This document shows positions 31,531-41,557 of a DNA stretch of 64,000 nucleotides, one piece after another; the stretch's first letter is position 1, and every line of letters begins with the position of its first letter. The translations under genes were made by a program, and so were the position numbers. Location of the stretch: the NCBI GenBank assembly GCA_965223845.1, contig CBDCXR010000004.1, positions 2,016,001-2,080,000 on the forward strand. The letters run 5' to 3'. The notes below the pieces were generated by a model. It did no database searches. It saw nothing but the letters and a program-made list of their open reading frames with translations, and was not told the DNA's origin. Source of the DNA: Planctomycetota bacterium. Its GTDB lineage: Bacteria > Planctomycetota > UBA8108 > SXIK01.

Positions 31531-31886
31531 GCGCTCTCGCAGAGGCGAAATCGCGAGCTCGTCGACGGAACGCCGGGGAAAAGCGGTTGAGCCGCGCGCC
31601 CGAGCGGGCCAGAATCTGCGATATCACTTCTTCGGCGTCAGCTCTCCGCCCCCTGCGAGCGGCATGTCGCGGACCCTCCTTCACGGGTTCTCGAGCGACG
31701 GTTCCCCACCGTCGGTGCGACTCTGACGCAGCCGAGTTGACTCTGCCCGACACCTCTTCGAGCGTCCGGAACGGCCGAGAATCTGCCGCGAGTTCCGCGG
31801 TGCATGCCGCGAGTGGTCCCGGCACCCGCGTCCGGCCGAAGCGAGTAGAGGCGAAACTCAGACGGTCAACGTCTACGAGAGATACC

Positions 31887-32789
31887 TTGTTGCGATTCAC
31901 GTCCCCGACGCCGAGTCCGTTCGCTACCGGCGGGCCGCCCGCTCCGAAACGGGGCGGACGCGGAACCGCCGGAGTCGCTGTGGCGCTCGCGCTCGCCGTG
32001 ACCCTTGCGACGAGCTGCGAGCGCGAGGCGGGCGCGCTCGCGCCGAGATCGTGGACGCTCGTTGCGAACCGACAGGGTGAAGAGGTTTACGGTGTAAACG
32101 GGACCGTCGTGGTCGCAGGCGACGGCGCTTCGATCGAACTCGCGAGCATCGCGTTCGACCGCAGCGGCCGTTCCGTAGTCTCGAGCGCGAGGTCCGGCCG
32201 GCACTGGGTGCGGGTTCGAGACTCTCGATTTCGCTGGGTCCCGACGACGGTCGAGCTCGGGGCGGCGCCGGTCGTCCCCGTCGAGCTGCTCCCGGGCACC
32301 GCCGTCCGCGTCACGGTGCTCGGAGAGAACGGGGAGCCCCTCGCGGGTGCGTCGGTCAGCGTTTGGTGCGCCGGCACGGACCCGCTCGAGTTCGACCTCC
32401 TCGAACCCGGAGCGATGATCGGTCCGATTCCGGCCGGGGACGGCAAGCTCGTCGCGCGGGCCCCTGGGCACGCGGCACGCGTTCTGTCGGTCCTCGTTCC
32501 CCGCCTGCGGCCGGGCAAAGAGACGAAGCTTCCGCCGGTCGTCCTCTCGCGCGGCGGAGCGTCCCTCACCGGCCGAATCGCCGGTGGTGCAGCGGATCGC
32601 GTCGTTCTCCTCTTCGGCGGGGCGGGGCTCGCCGCGGCGCCGGCGCCGGACGGGACATTCTTCTTCCACGGCATTCCGGTCGAACGGGATCCGGTCCTCG
32701 TCATCGAGCGAGACGGGCGTGAGCTCTTCGCCGAGCCGGTCCGGCTCTCATCGGGCTCGGTCGACCTCGGCGAGCTCTCGCTCGACTGA
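31887..32789 (+). CDS. Putative lipoprotein with a carboxypeptidase-regulatory-like domain
   Basis: Hydrophobic stretch ending 'LATSC'; 'VTVLGENGEPLAGASVSV'. Start uncertain (the ORF is open from 31587). Confidence 0.6.
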   Translation: MLRFTSPTPSPFATGGPPAPKRGGRGTAGVAVALALAVTLATSCEREAGALAPRSWTLVANRQGEEVYGVNGTVVVAGDGASIELASIAFDRSGRSVVSSARSGRHWVRVRDSRFRWVPTTVELGAAPVVPVELLPGTAVRVTVLGENGEPLAGASVSVWCAGTDPLEFDLLEPGAMIGPIPAGDGKLVARAPGHAARVLSVLVPRLRPGKETKLPPVVLSRGGASLTGRIAGGAADRVVLLFGGAGLAAAPAPDGTFFFHGIPVERDPVLVIERDGRELFAEPVRLSSGSVDLGELSLD

Positions 32790-32992
32790 GTGCGAATGCG
32801 GCAGTGAGAGGAACGGGTTCGGTACGCGAAAATGCTCGGTCCGCGTCGACCTGGCCGGGGTTTCCTCGAGTGCCGTCCGTCTGCGCGGGCGCTCCGAGAT
32901 CACCGAACGTCAGCCCGCCGCATCGGCGCGGCGGGAACTACGAATCACGGCCGTCGGCACGACGGCTCTTCTCGCTCGAAAGGAGCTGGTTC

Positions 32993-34132
32993 ATGTTTCG
33001 ATCCCTCGTCGCAGCCCTCGTTCTCTTCGCGTTCGTCGCCACCCCGGCGGTCGCGGGAGAGAAGATTCAGCTCGGAGTCAAGGCCGGAGCTAAGCTGAGC
33101 TTTACCTCGAAGCGCGATTCGGACTCGAAGTCGCAGCGTGGCGATCGCAAGTCAACGAGCGAGGCGGAATACTCGATCGAGGTCAAGAACGTCGCCGACG
33201 ACGGCAGCCTCACCGTCGCGGTCCAGTTCGCGAAACTCAAGATCTCCCAGACGGGCGGTCGGGGCGACTTCTCGTTCGACTCGGCGAATGCCGATGCGAG
33301 CGATGGCGAGCGGGGTGCCGTCCTCAAGAAGCTTGCGGGCGCGACGATCACGGCGAAGATCGGCGCCGACGGTCGCGTGGACCGAAATCTCGAAGGGCTC
33401 GACGGAATCGTGGCCGTTCCTCAGGGCGGCGAGCGCGGCGGATTTCGCCGTCAGATGCCCGCCGGCTTCCGCGAGGTGAGCGCACTCCGGAGCGACCTCG
33501 GCACGATCTTCGGCGCCGGGTTCCAGGGCCAAGAGCTCGAGGAGGGAAAGTCCTACCGTGCGCGCCGCGGTGGGGAACGCGGTGGCGGGCGTGACGGTGG
33601 CGCCGAGCGACGACGCCGGCGTCCGGGGGCGGACGATGGCGACGGCGAGAACCGCGGCCGCCGCGGACGCGAGCGTCGGCGTCCCGGAGCCGACGATGAA
33701 GCTCGCGCCGACACGTCGGGTACGCCGGACATCGTTCCGGTCGCGTTCGCCCAGGAAGAAGAACCGCGCCGCGGACGACGACGCGGCCAGGACGGGGATC
33801 GGCCGCGCGGTGGCGGCGACCGCGGAGGTCGCGGAGGTCGCGGGGATCGCGGCGGCTTCGGCGGACCGGCGTTCGTCTTCAAGGGAATCGAAGCCGATCT
33901 CTTTCGATTCGATCTTCAGATGCGCTCGTTCGGACGCGATGGGGGCGGGGAGCCGCGGACGATCGGTGCGGCGTCGTACAGCAAGGCGGACGGCCTCCTT
34001 CATTCGTTTTCATCGAAAACGTCGTTCGGAAGCGAAGAGCGCGGATTCTCCTTCAAGAATCAGCACTCGATCGTTCGAGCCGGTGCCAAGGCGACGGCCG
34101 CGGGAAAGGCTGACGATTCGGTCAAGCTGTAG
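32993..34132 (+). CDS. Secreted hypothetical protein (DUF6263-like fold suggested) with an Arg/Gly-rich disordered insert
   Basis: AGGAG SD, ATG at 32993, signal peptide (…PAVA/GE), beta-rich N-domain, RGG-rich middle. Confidence 0.72.
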   Translation: MFRSLVAALVLFAFVATPAVAGEKIQLGVKAGAKLSFTSKRDSDSKSQRGDRKSTSEAEYSIEVKNVADDGSLTVAVQFAKLKISQTGGRGDFSFDSANADASDGERGAVLKKLAGATITAKIGADGRVDRNLEGLDGIVAVPQGGERGGFRRQMPAGFREVSALRSDLGTIFGAGFQGQELEEGKSYRARRGGERGGGRDGGAERRRRRPGADDGDGENRGRRGRERRRPGADDEARADTSGTPDIVPVAFAQEEEPRRGRRRGQDGDRPRGGGDRGGRGGRGDRGGFGGPAFVFKGIEADLFRFDLQMRSFGRDGGGEPRTIGAASYSKADGLLHSFSSKTSFGSEERGFSFKNQHSIVRAGAKATAAGKADDSVKL

Positions 34133-34165
34133 ACCCGAGATCCTCGTACGAGAGACGACTCGGTG

Positions 34166-34210
34166 AGCCCGGGGGCGCGTTCTTCCGAACGCGCCCCCGG
34201 GCTTCTTTTT
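34166..34210 (+). terminator. Intrinsic terminator
   Basis: AGCCCGGGGGCGCGTTC-ttcc-GAACGCGCCCCCGGGCT followed by TCTTTTT. Confidence 0.88.
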
Positions 34211-34504
34211 CGTTCCCGGCCACGCGGGCTGCCGGGCTCGCGGGTACGCGACCGCGCGTGGCGCGCGAGATCCGAACCCGAACTTCAACGGGAGACTCGG
34301 TCTAGAGACCGGCGGACCTACCCGGGACACTGCCCCACGGCGTACGCAACTCGTTCGCGCGTGAGGGTTTTGGTGGCGCGCCGCAACGGAGGAGAGGTAA
34401 AAAGGAGGCTCTGCGGCCTCAGGGAAACACGTTCTCCGCGGCAGTTTCCCGAGCGCATCGCGATGGATCGAGAACGCGTCGGAGCGAACCCAGGGACCAG
34501 TCGA

Positions 34505-37500
34505 ATGACCCGAACGTTAACGTGTGCCGCATTGTGCTCGGTGCTTCTGCTCGTCGGACCGACTCGGGTCGACGCCGTCGTCATCAGTGAGATTCACTAC
34601 AATCCCGCGGGGGGGAGCTCGCTCGAGTTCGTCGAGCTCTACAATCCCGGCAGCGCGAGCGTCAGCATCGCCGGCTGGCAATTCTCAGACGGAGTCTCCT
34701 ATACGTTTCCCGAGGGTGCGGCGGTCGACGCGGGTGGACGCGTCGTCATCTGCAGCAACCGAAATGTGCTCGCAGCGGAATTCGGACTCGCAGCGGATGG
34801 ACTCTTCGGCGACTACGAGGGTCAGCTGTCGAACGGCGGCGAAACTCTGACCCTCGTCGATTCGGACGGCGTCCTCGTCGACTCCGTTCGCTACGACGAC
34901 GTTCCACCGTGGGGATCAGCGGATGGTACCGGGAGCTCGCTCGAGCGAGTGTGCGCGAGCTTTTCGTCGCAGCATCCCGCGAATTGGGTCGCGAACGACG
35001 CCGTCGGCCCGACGCCGCTCGCCGCCGGCTCGGACGAGCAATGCCCGCCGCCGGCCGTGCCCCCGCCGAGCATCGCGATCAACGAGATCAGCTATCACCC
35101 CGTCGGGGAGAAGGACGAGCTCGAGGAGTTCGTCGAGCTCCGCAACAACACCGACCAGTCGATCAACTTGAAAGGGTATTCCTTCACCGACGGCATCAAT
35201 TTCACGTTCGAGGAGGACACCGTAGTCGACGCCGGGGGCTTCGTCGTCGTGTGCCGGAATCGCGAGCACATGTCGGGGCTCTATTCCCTCGAAAACGCGG
35301 TGGGGGATTTCACCGGTCGCCTCTCGAACGATGGCGAGCGCATCACGCTCGTCGATGCCGACGGCCGCTTCGTCGACTCGGTTCGTTACCACGACAGCGG
35401 CGACTGGCCGGTCAGCGCCGACGGTCAGGCTCCGAGCCTCGAGAAGCTCATTCCGGAGGCGGTGAGCGACGACCCGGCGAGTTGGTCAGAAGCGATTGAA
35501 AGTCGGCCGGAGGACTGGACGACCGTCCGCCTAACCGGCCTCGCGCTCAGCTCGAGCACGATCATCCGGATCTACGTCAACGGCGAGGGAAGCTTTCTCG
35601 TCGACAACCTGGTGCTCGAGCGAACGGACTCGCCCGGGGTCAACCTCCTCCCGAACGGCTCGTTCGACGAGGGAACGGAAACCTGGGAGTTCCGCGGGAC
35701 TCACGAAGGGAGCGAATGGGTCGCCGACGGGGGCGCGGACGGGAGCGGAGCGGTTCGCATCATCTCGACAGGACGAGGCAGCTCGACCAACTCGATGCGC
35801 ATCTCGCTCGATCCGCCGCTCGAGAAGGGCGTCGAGCACAGCTTCACGTTCGACTACAAGTACGTCTCGGGCGCAACCGACTTCAACGTCCGCTTCTCGG
35901 GGAGCAGTCCCACGCGCGGAATCTTCTTTCGCCTCGGGGAGGGAAGCGTCTTCAGTCCGGGGCGAGAGAACGCGCGCCAGCTCGATCATCTCCCGCCGTT
36001 TGTCGAGCGCATCGGGCGTTTCCCGAAAGCGCCGAAATCGGGGGAGCCCGTCTGGATCACGGCTCGAGTGCGGGCGGAGCGAGCGCTCGCGGGGGTCGCG
36101 CTCACCTACCAGATCGACGGCACCGGCGACGAGATCTCGATCGCGATGGCCGACGACGGGGCGCACCGCGACGCGGCGAGTGGAGACGGAATCTTCGGAG
36201 TCGAGCTCCCGCCGCAGGAACACAACACGATCGTCACGTTCCGCATCACGGCGGAAGACGAGACGGGCTCGTCGACGACGAACCCGCTCGAGAGCGATCC
36301 GACGGGAGTCCACGGATTCTATGTGAACGACCTCCAGGTCGAGTCACCGCTCCCGGTGTATACGATCCTCTGGAACCATCGCACGCCGTTCCATCCGCGG
36401 CAGATGCGGGGCCGGCTCTCGAGCTGCAGCGTCTACCAGGCGGCATCGTTCGCCGTCGACGGCGAACTCTATTACAACGTCGGTCTGCGGCGGCGAGGCG
36501 GGTCGGTCTGCGGCGATGGCAACGTGATCAAGCCCTACGTGAAGATCAAGTTCAACCGCGGACGCTTGTTCGAGAACCAGCGGAAGATCAACATTCAGAG
36601 CATCTACACCGACAAGTCGCTCATCCGCGAGAAGATGGCGTGGGAGATGTTCGACGAGCTCGGCTCTCCGACGTGCCGCGAGTACTTCGCGCGCCTCCAC
36701 TTGAACGGCGCCTACTACGGCCTCCACGCGATCCTCGAGCATCCCGACAAGCGCTACCTCGAGCGGAACAACCTGAACCCCGACGGCAACCTCTACAAGG
36801 CGACCGCATCTCGCGAGGAGGTGAACGGGACCTACGAGAAGAAGACGAACGAGCACATTCCGAACATGGACGATCTGCGCTCGTTCCTCCGCGAGATGCA
36901 CGACACTCCGCGCCCGTCACTGAGCGCGTTCTTCACCGAGCGGATGGACGCCGATCGAGTGATCGACTACCAGCTCGCGCAGACGCTCATGAACAACAGC
37001 GACTACCCGCACAAGAATCACTACCTCTACCACGACACGGAGAAAGAGAAGTGGATGGTCCTCGCCTGGGACCTCGATCTTTCTTTCGGGAAGCGCTGGG
37101 ACGGGTCGAACGGCGGCGTGCTTCACGACCGCATGCACACTCCCGGGAACAACCCCTGGTACACGACCTCGGTCGACGGCGGCGGCGGAAACGAGCTCCT
37201 CAACCGATTCTTCGCTCTCGGCGGGACCTGGTTTCGGCGCGCGTACATCGTTCGCCTTTGGGATGCGATCCAGGAGAAGTACACCGAAGAGTTCTTCGAA
37301 GAGAAGATCCAGGACTACCACGCGCTCCTCATCGACGAGCAACAGGAGGACATCGAGCTCTGGGGACGGTCGCGCACGTGGCCGGATGACCGAAATGCCC
37401 CGGCGGAGTTCGAGCCGAACCTAGATCGCGTGCGCGCCCACATCCGTGCGCGCCGCGAGTACCTGCTCGGATACCTGCGGTCGCGGCACCAGTTCGAAGG

Positions 37501-38275
37501 CCACGATCGGCTGAAGATCACCGAGGTGATGTACAACCCAGCCGGTCCCGCCGAGGATCTCGAGTGGATCGAGATCTGGAACCCGAACGAGAGCGAGCTC
37601 GACCTTCAAGGCTACTCGATCGAAGGAATCGGATTCGAGTTTCCCGAAGGCGCGAGCGCTCCGGCGGGGTCCGTGTTCATCGTCGCGAAGAATCCCGACG
37701 CGTTTCGGGACGCGTACGGTTCGGAGCTCACCGTTTTCGGGGGCTACGACGGCAACCTGGACAACAACGGCGAGATCCTCCGCCTCAAGGACGCAGGACC
37801 GGAGTACCCGGCAACGGTCGATTTCCTGCGCTACGGCACCGACGACGGCTGGCCGGCGGAGGCCGACGGTCTCGGCTACTCGATCGAGCTCACCGACGTG
37901 AGCGTAGATCGCGACAACGACCTCGCTCGGTACTGGGCCCGCTCCGGACAGATCGGCGGCTCTCCCGGCTCCGTGCCCGGCGTCAGTGAGCCCGAGAGCC
38001 GATTCCGGCGCGGAGACGTGAACGCGGACGGCCGGCTCAACGTCACCGATCCGATCACGATTCTCGGGAGGCTCTTTCGCGGGGTCGCCAGCGTCCCCTG
38101 CGAGGCGGCGATGGACGTCGATGGCGAGGGGGGAGTACAATTGACGGACGCGGTCGTCCTCCTCAACTATCTCTTCTCCCGCGACCCTCCCGTCATTCCC
38201 GCCCCCGGTCCCCGCGACTGCCGTCCCGTGTCCGCCGACCGCTGCCGTACGGCGAACTGCGCGGTCGACGGCTGA
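34505..38275 (+). CDS. Secreted lamin-tail-domain / CotH kinase protein with a C-terminal dockerin-like domain
   Basis: Signal peptide; three 'I(S/N/T)E(I/V).Y(N/H)P....EF(V/I)E(L/I).N' lamin-tail repeats; CotH motifs 'RRRGGS', 'KIKFN', 'IREKMA', 'GNLYKA', 'NHYLY', 'WDLDLSFG'; tail 'FRRGDVNADGRLNVTDPITIL'. Confidence 0.88.
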   Translation: MTRTLTCAALCSVLLLVGPTRVDAVVISEIHYNPAGGSSLEFVELYNPGSASVSIAGWQFSDGVSYTFPEGAAVDAGGRVVICSNRNVLAAEFGLAADGLFGDYEGQLSNGGETLTLVDSDGVLVDSVRYDDVPPWGSADGTGSSLERVCASFSSQHPANWVANDAVGPTPLAAGSDEQCPPPAVPPPSIAINEISYHPVGEKDELEEFVELRNNTDQSINLKGYSFTDGINFTFEEDTVVDAGGFVVVCRNREHMSGLYSLENAVGDFTGRLSNDGERITLVDADGRFVDSVRYHDSGDWPVSADGQAPSLEKLIPEAVSDDPASWSEAIESRPEDWTTVRLTGLALSSSTIIRIYVNGEGSFLVDNLVLERTDSPGVNLLPNGSFDEGTETWEFRGTHEGSEWVADGGADGSGAVRIISTGRGSSTNSMRISLDPPLEKGVEHSFTFDYKYVSGATDFNVRFSGSSPTRGIFFRLGEGSVFSPGRENARQLDHLPPFVERIGRFPKAPKSGEPVWITARVRAERALAGVALTYQIDGTGDEISIAMADDGAHRDAASGDGIFGVELPPQEHNTIVTFRITAEDETGSSTTNPLESDPTGVHGFYVNDLQVESPLPVYTILWNHRTPFHPRQMRGRLSSCSVYQAASFAVDGELYYNVGLRRRGGSVCGDGNVIKPYVKIKFNRGRLFENQRKINIQSIYTDKSLIREKMAWEMFDELGSPTCREYFARLHLNGAYYGLHAILEHPDKRYLERNNLNPDGNLYKATASREEVNGTYEKKTNEHIPNMDDLRSFLREMHDTPRPSLSAFFTERMDADRVIDYQLAQTLMNNSDYPHKNHYLYHDTEKEKWMVLAWDLDLSFGKRWDGSNGGVLHDRMHTPGNNPWYTTSVDGGGGNELLNRFFALGGTWFRRAYIVRLWDAIQEKYTEEFFEEKIQDYHALLIDEQQEDIELWGRSRTWPDDRNAPAEFEPNLDRVRAHIRARREYLLGYLRSRHQFEGHDRLKITEVMYNPAGPAEDLEWIEIWNPNESELDLQGYSIEGIGFEFPEGASAPAGSVFIVAKNPDAFRDAYGSELTVFGGYDGNLDNNGEILRLKDAGPEYPATVDFLRYGTDDGWPAEADGLGYSIELTDVSVDRDNDLARYWARSGQIGGSPGSVPGVSEPESRFRRGDVNADGRLNVTDPITILGRLFRGVASVPCEAAMDVDGEGGVQLTDAVVLLNYLFSRDPPVIPAPGPRDCRPVSADRCRTANCAVDG

Positions 38276-38311
38276 GCGGACGGGCTCCCCTCAGCGCGCT
38301 GCGCGACTCCA

Positions 38312-39502
38312 GTGAGAACGATCGGCATCCTCGTCTCTGCGCTCGCCGTCGCCGCCGGGTTCATCGTCGGCCGCGTCGAGCACCAGCGCGAGTTGGAGGC
38401 GACGGCGAGCGCGCCCGATGCTCTGGATCCGGTGAGCGCCGTGCTCCTCAAGCCCGACGAGCCATCGCCCGCCCGCGAGTCGGGTGACCCGGGGGCGTCG
38501 GTCGATCTCGGCGCCCGTCGCAGCCCGTCGCCCTCGGGCGAGCGCGAGGAAGCGTCTGACCAGCCCGCCAAGTCGGCCGCGGAGGAGCTTCCGCCGGGTT
38601 TCCGCGACGGTTACGAGAAGCTCCGCGAACAGGTCGACGCGATGGAGTTCGAAGCCGCGGCAGAAGCCGCAGCTCGCCTCATCGCCCAGCTCGACGAGGC
38701 GAACATCGGAAAAACGAAGGCCCGCCGCCTCGTCCTTCGCGTCGCCGCTCGCTCCCGATCGTTCGAGCGCTTGATCGCACCGATCAAGCAGCGCGAGATC
38801 GGCGAGACGATGTATCAAGTCCTTCTCGCGAACGGAAACACGCTCGACGCGATGAGCGTGGAAGAGCGCGGTGATCGCTACCGCATCCAGCTTGCGAACG
38901 GGATCGGCTACGAGCCGCGGGTCGAGGAAGTGCAGCGAGTGACGCAAGTCGACGGGAGCGTCGTCGCCGAGAGAGAGTGGGAGAAGCTCGCGCCGCGCGT
39001 GCGGGCCCTCGACGACCCGATCAAGCTCTACGTCCACGGCGTCCAGCGGTGCTTTCAGGCCGGGCTCAAAGACCAGGGGATGAAGCTGCTCGAACGATTG
39101 CTGGATGTCCCCGGCTCCGCCAAGGTCCCCGCGCTCTTCGCCACCGAAGACCCCGATGCCGCGATCACCGATTGGCTCGTCGCATCCGGCGACCAGGACC
39201 CGTTCGCCGCGGCGAGGCTCCCCGGTGCCGGTGACGGGTCGACGCCCCCGCGCGAAGACGTTCCGCGAGCCGCGCCGACCGGGAACCTGCTCGAGGATCT
39301 CCGCAACCTGCGCGACGAAGCACTCACGCTTTACCGGCGCGCGCGCTCGGACGGAAACCCGCGTGATCTCGAGACGGCGCGCGGTCGTATCGACGAGGCG
39401 TTCGACCTCCTCGACGGAGTCGAATCGACACCCGAGATCGACTCCCTCCGCCGCGACCTCGGCCAGCTTCTCTCGGACGTCATCCGCGTTTCGCCGTTCT
39501 GA
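38312..39502 (+). CDS. Hypothetical protein with an N-terminal membrane anchor
   Basis: 396-aa ORF with typical codon usage, hydrophobic N-terminus and helical character. Confidence 0.7.
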   Translation: MRTIGILVSALAVAAGFIVGRVEHQRELEATASAPDALDPVSAVLLKPDEPSPARESGDPGASVDLGARRSPSPSGEREEASDQPAKSAAEELPPGFRDGYEKLREQVDAMEFEAAAEAAARLIAQLDEANIGKTKARRLVLRVAARSRSFERLIAPIKQREIGETMYQVLLANGNTLDAMSVEERGDRYRIQLANGIGYEPRVEEVQRVTQVDGSVVAEREWEKLAPRVRALDDPIKLYVHGVQRCFQAGLKDQGMKLLERLLDVPGSAKVPALFATEDPDAAITDWLVASGDQDPFAAARLPGAGDGSTPPREDVPRAAPTGNLLEDLRNLRDEALTLYRRARSDGNPRDLETARGRIDEAFDLLDGVESTPEIDSLRRDLGQLLSDVIRVSPF

Positions 39503-39903
39503 ACGTCCTAGCGACGCGCGACGAACATCTCCCGACGGCGGTCGAAGATCCCGCTCGGTCCGGCACGGCCCGTTTGGATCAGCTCGCCTGCCCGCACCAT
39601 CGCGACCCGCGGTCGCCCGAAATTCGCGCGACGCACCGTTTCCACGCGAGCGTCAGATGTTATCGTGGGTGGGGGTTCCCCGCCGCGCGCACTCCGGGCG
39701 GCGCGAACCACCGAGGTTAGGGATTACGCAGTCGGTGGGTCTCCCGGGGCTCGTGGTTTACGACGGGGCAGAACATTCCGATCGAGCTCACGCACATGCG
39801 GCGCGCGGCCGACGACATCGTCGGCGGCGATGTCCGCGCATTCGTCCGCCCTAGGTGCCACGGGCGGTTGGGTACGGCACCGAAAGACCTGAAGGGTTTC
39901 AGC

Positions 39904-41196
39904 ATGTTTCGCACTCTCCGGCTCTGCGCGACTCTCGCCGTCGTCACCGCGGGACTCACTTCGAACGTCCTCGCCGAGAACCGGTTTTATTTCGACGATG
40001 TCGAGGTCGACGTCGGCAGCAGCGGCGTCGAGCTGATCGTACGCGCGGACTCCGACATCCCGTTTTTCGGGTTCTCATTCGGCGTGACGTACGACGAGCA
40101 GGTCCTCGTCGTCCAGAGCGTGACCTGGGAAGGCGCGCTCACCGACGAGCCCTCCTACTACAAGGGAATCATCGACAACGATACCGGCCGGATGGCGTTC
40201 GGATGCGTCTTCGACTACGGCCCGGAGTACGACTCGACGATCCCCGCGGGAGAGGGTCACGCGATCAGCACGGTCGTCGTCGACATTCTAGCGCAGTCGA
40301 ACACGACCACCGAGCTCACCTTCGCCACGGTGCCGTTCAACCCGGAGCGACCCGTGACGAACGTGATGACGAACGGCGGCGGTCTCTCCGAGTTCCCGAC
40401 GCTCGTCAACGGTACGGTGACGATTTCCATCCCAGCGCCCGAGATCACCGCCGTCCAAGGCGGCTCGGGATTCGCCGGCGACATGTTCGTCGTCGTCGGA
40501 AACAACTTCGATCAAGGGGGACTCGAAGTCACGGTGTGCGACGCGCCGGCCGCCGTCGAGTTGAACGAAGACGGTTCGCTCACGGTCACCGCGCCCGACT
40601 GCGCGTCGGCTCCGGGTGCCGTCGACGTCGTCGTCTGTACCGACGGCGGCTGCGACACCGAGACCGACGGCTTCACCTACCTCGCTCCCGAGGAGCCGGA
40701 GATTACGGCGATCGACCCGGCGGCGGGCCCGGCGGGTGCCGTCATCAGCATTTCGGGGAATAACCTCGGCGGCGCCGGACGTCAGGTGCGCATCTGCGAA
40801 CAGGACGTAGAGAGTGAGCTCGCGGACGGAGTCGTGACGGCCACGGTGCCGGACTGCGGAGAGGCGGGTGTGGTCGAGGTCGAACTCTGCACGGAAGACG
40901 GCTGCGACACCGAGGCCTTCACGTTCGAGGTTCCCGAGGCAATCTTCATTCGAGGCGATTCGAACGGCGCTGCCGGGGTGGACGTCTCCGACGCGATCTA
41001 CTCCCTCAATCGCCTGTTCGGCGACGGGCCGCCGCCGGAGTGCCTCGACGCCGCAGACGCGAACGACGACGGCGGCTTCGACGTGTCGGATCCGATCTAC
41101 GCGCTCAATTTCCTCTTCGGCGACGGCCCCGACATCCCGGCGCCCTACCCCGATCCCGGCGTCGATCCGACCCCGGACGACTTTCCCGACTGCTGA
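39904..41196 (+). CDS. Secreted cohesin + 2x IPT/TIG + dockerin-like protein
   Basis: Signal peptide (…VLA/EN); cohesin-like 'VELIVRADSDIPFFGFSFGVTYDEQVLVVQSV'; IPT repeats 'PEITA..P..G.AG..I.I.G.N'; tail 'FIRGDSNGAAGVDVSDAIYSL...CLDAADANDDGGFDVSDPIYALNFLF'. Confidence 0.82.
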   Translation: MFRTLRLCATLAVVTAGLTSNVLAENRFYFDDVEVDVGSSGVELIVRADSDIPFFGFSFGVTYDEQVLVVQSVTWEGALTDEPSYYKGIIDNDTGRMAFGCVFDYGPEYDSTIPAGEGHAISTVVVDILAQSNTTTELTFATVPFNPERPVTNVMTNGGGLSEFPTLVNGTVTISIPAPEITAVQGGSGFAGDMFVVVGNNFDQGGLEVTVCDAPAAVELNEDGSLTVTAPDCASAPGAVDVVVCTDGGCDTETDGFTYLAPEEPEITAIDPAAGPAGAVISISGNNLGGAGRQVRICEQDVESELADGVVTATVPDCGEAGVVEVELCTEDGCDTEAFTFEVPEAIFIRGDSNGAAGVDVSDAIYSLNRLFGDGPPPECLDAADANDDGGFDVSDPIYALNFLFGDGPDIPAPYPDPGVDPTPDDFPDC

Positions 41197-41279
41197 GCCG
41201 TTCGCAGCTCTTCGCTCCGCGGCGAGGGGGGAACGAGGCCGACCGAGCAGAGTCCGTGCGGAAGACCCGCGGTACGGAC

Positions 41280-41341
41280 AAAAAAAGAGGCCTTCGACCG
41301 AGAGGGGGGAGTCGAAGGCCAGTGGTGAAATGGACTCTGAT
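41280..41341 (-). ncRNA. Candidate small RNA ending in a minus-strand intrinsic terminator with a CU-rich loop
   Basis: Minus strand reads TATACT ... GGCCTTCGAC-tcccccctctcg-GTCGAAGGCC-TCTTTTTTT, while both flanking genes are on the plus strand. Confidence 0.4.
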
Positions 41342-41557
41342 TTCGGAGTATAAGGAGGGGCCTCGAAGCGACCGGCGCGCCGTTCGTTCGAACGCCTCTC
41401 ATAAGCCGCTATCGGTGGACGGAGAGGCGAAGCTGAAGGCTTTGGACGGGCGCGCGAGTTACCAGTCGTTCGCCCACCTACTCGGCCAAAGAACCGGCCT
41501 CGCCGAGGATCATCCGCGCGGCGAGGTCCGATAGCTGTCGATCGCGAGGAAATCAGA

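Noticed and set aside
38271-38312. TGA of the CotH gene is in frame with the next ORF and lies within a hairpin (possible second read-through)
   Set aside because: The stop is at the natural dockerin C-terminus, the next ORF has its own N-terminal anchor, and the hairpin lacks SECIS spacing.
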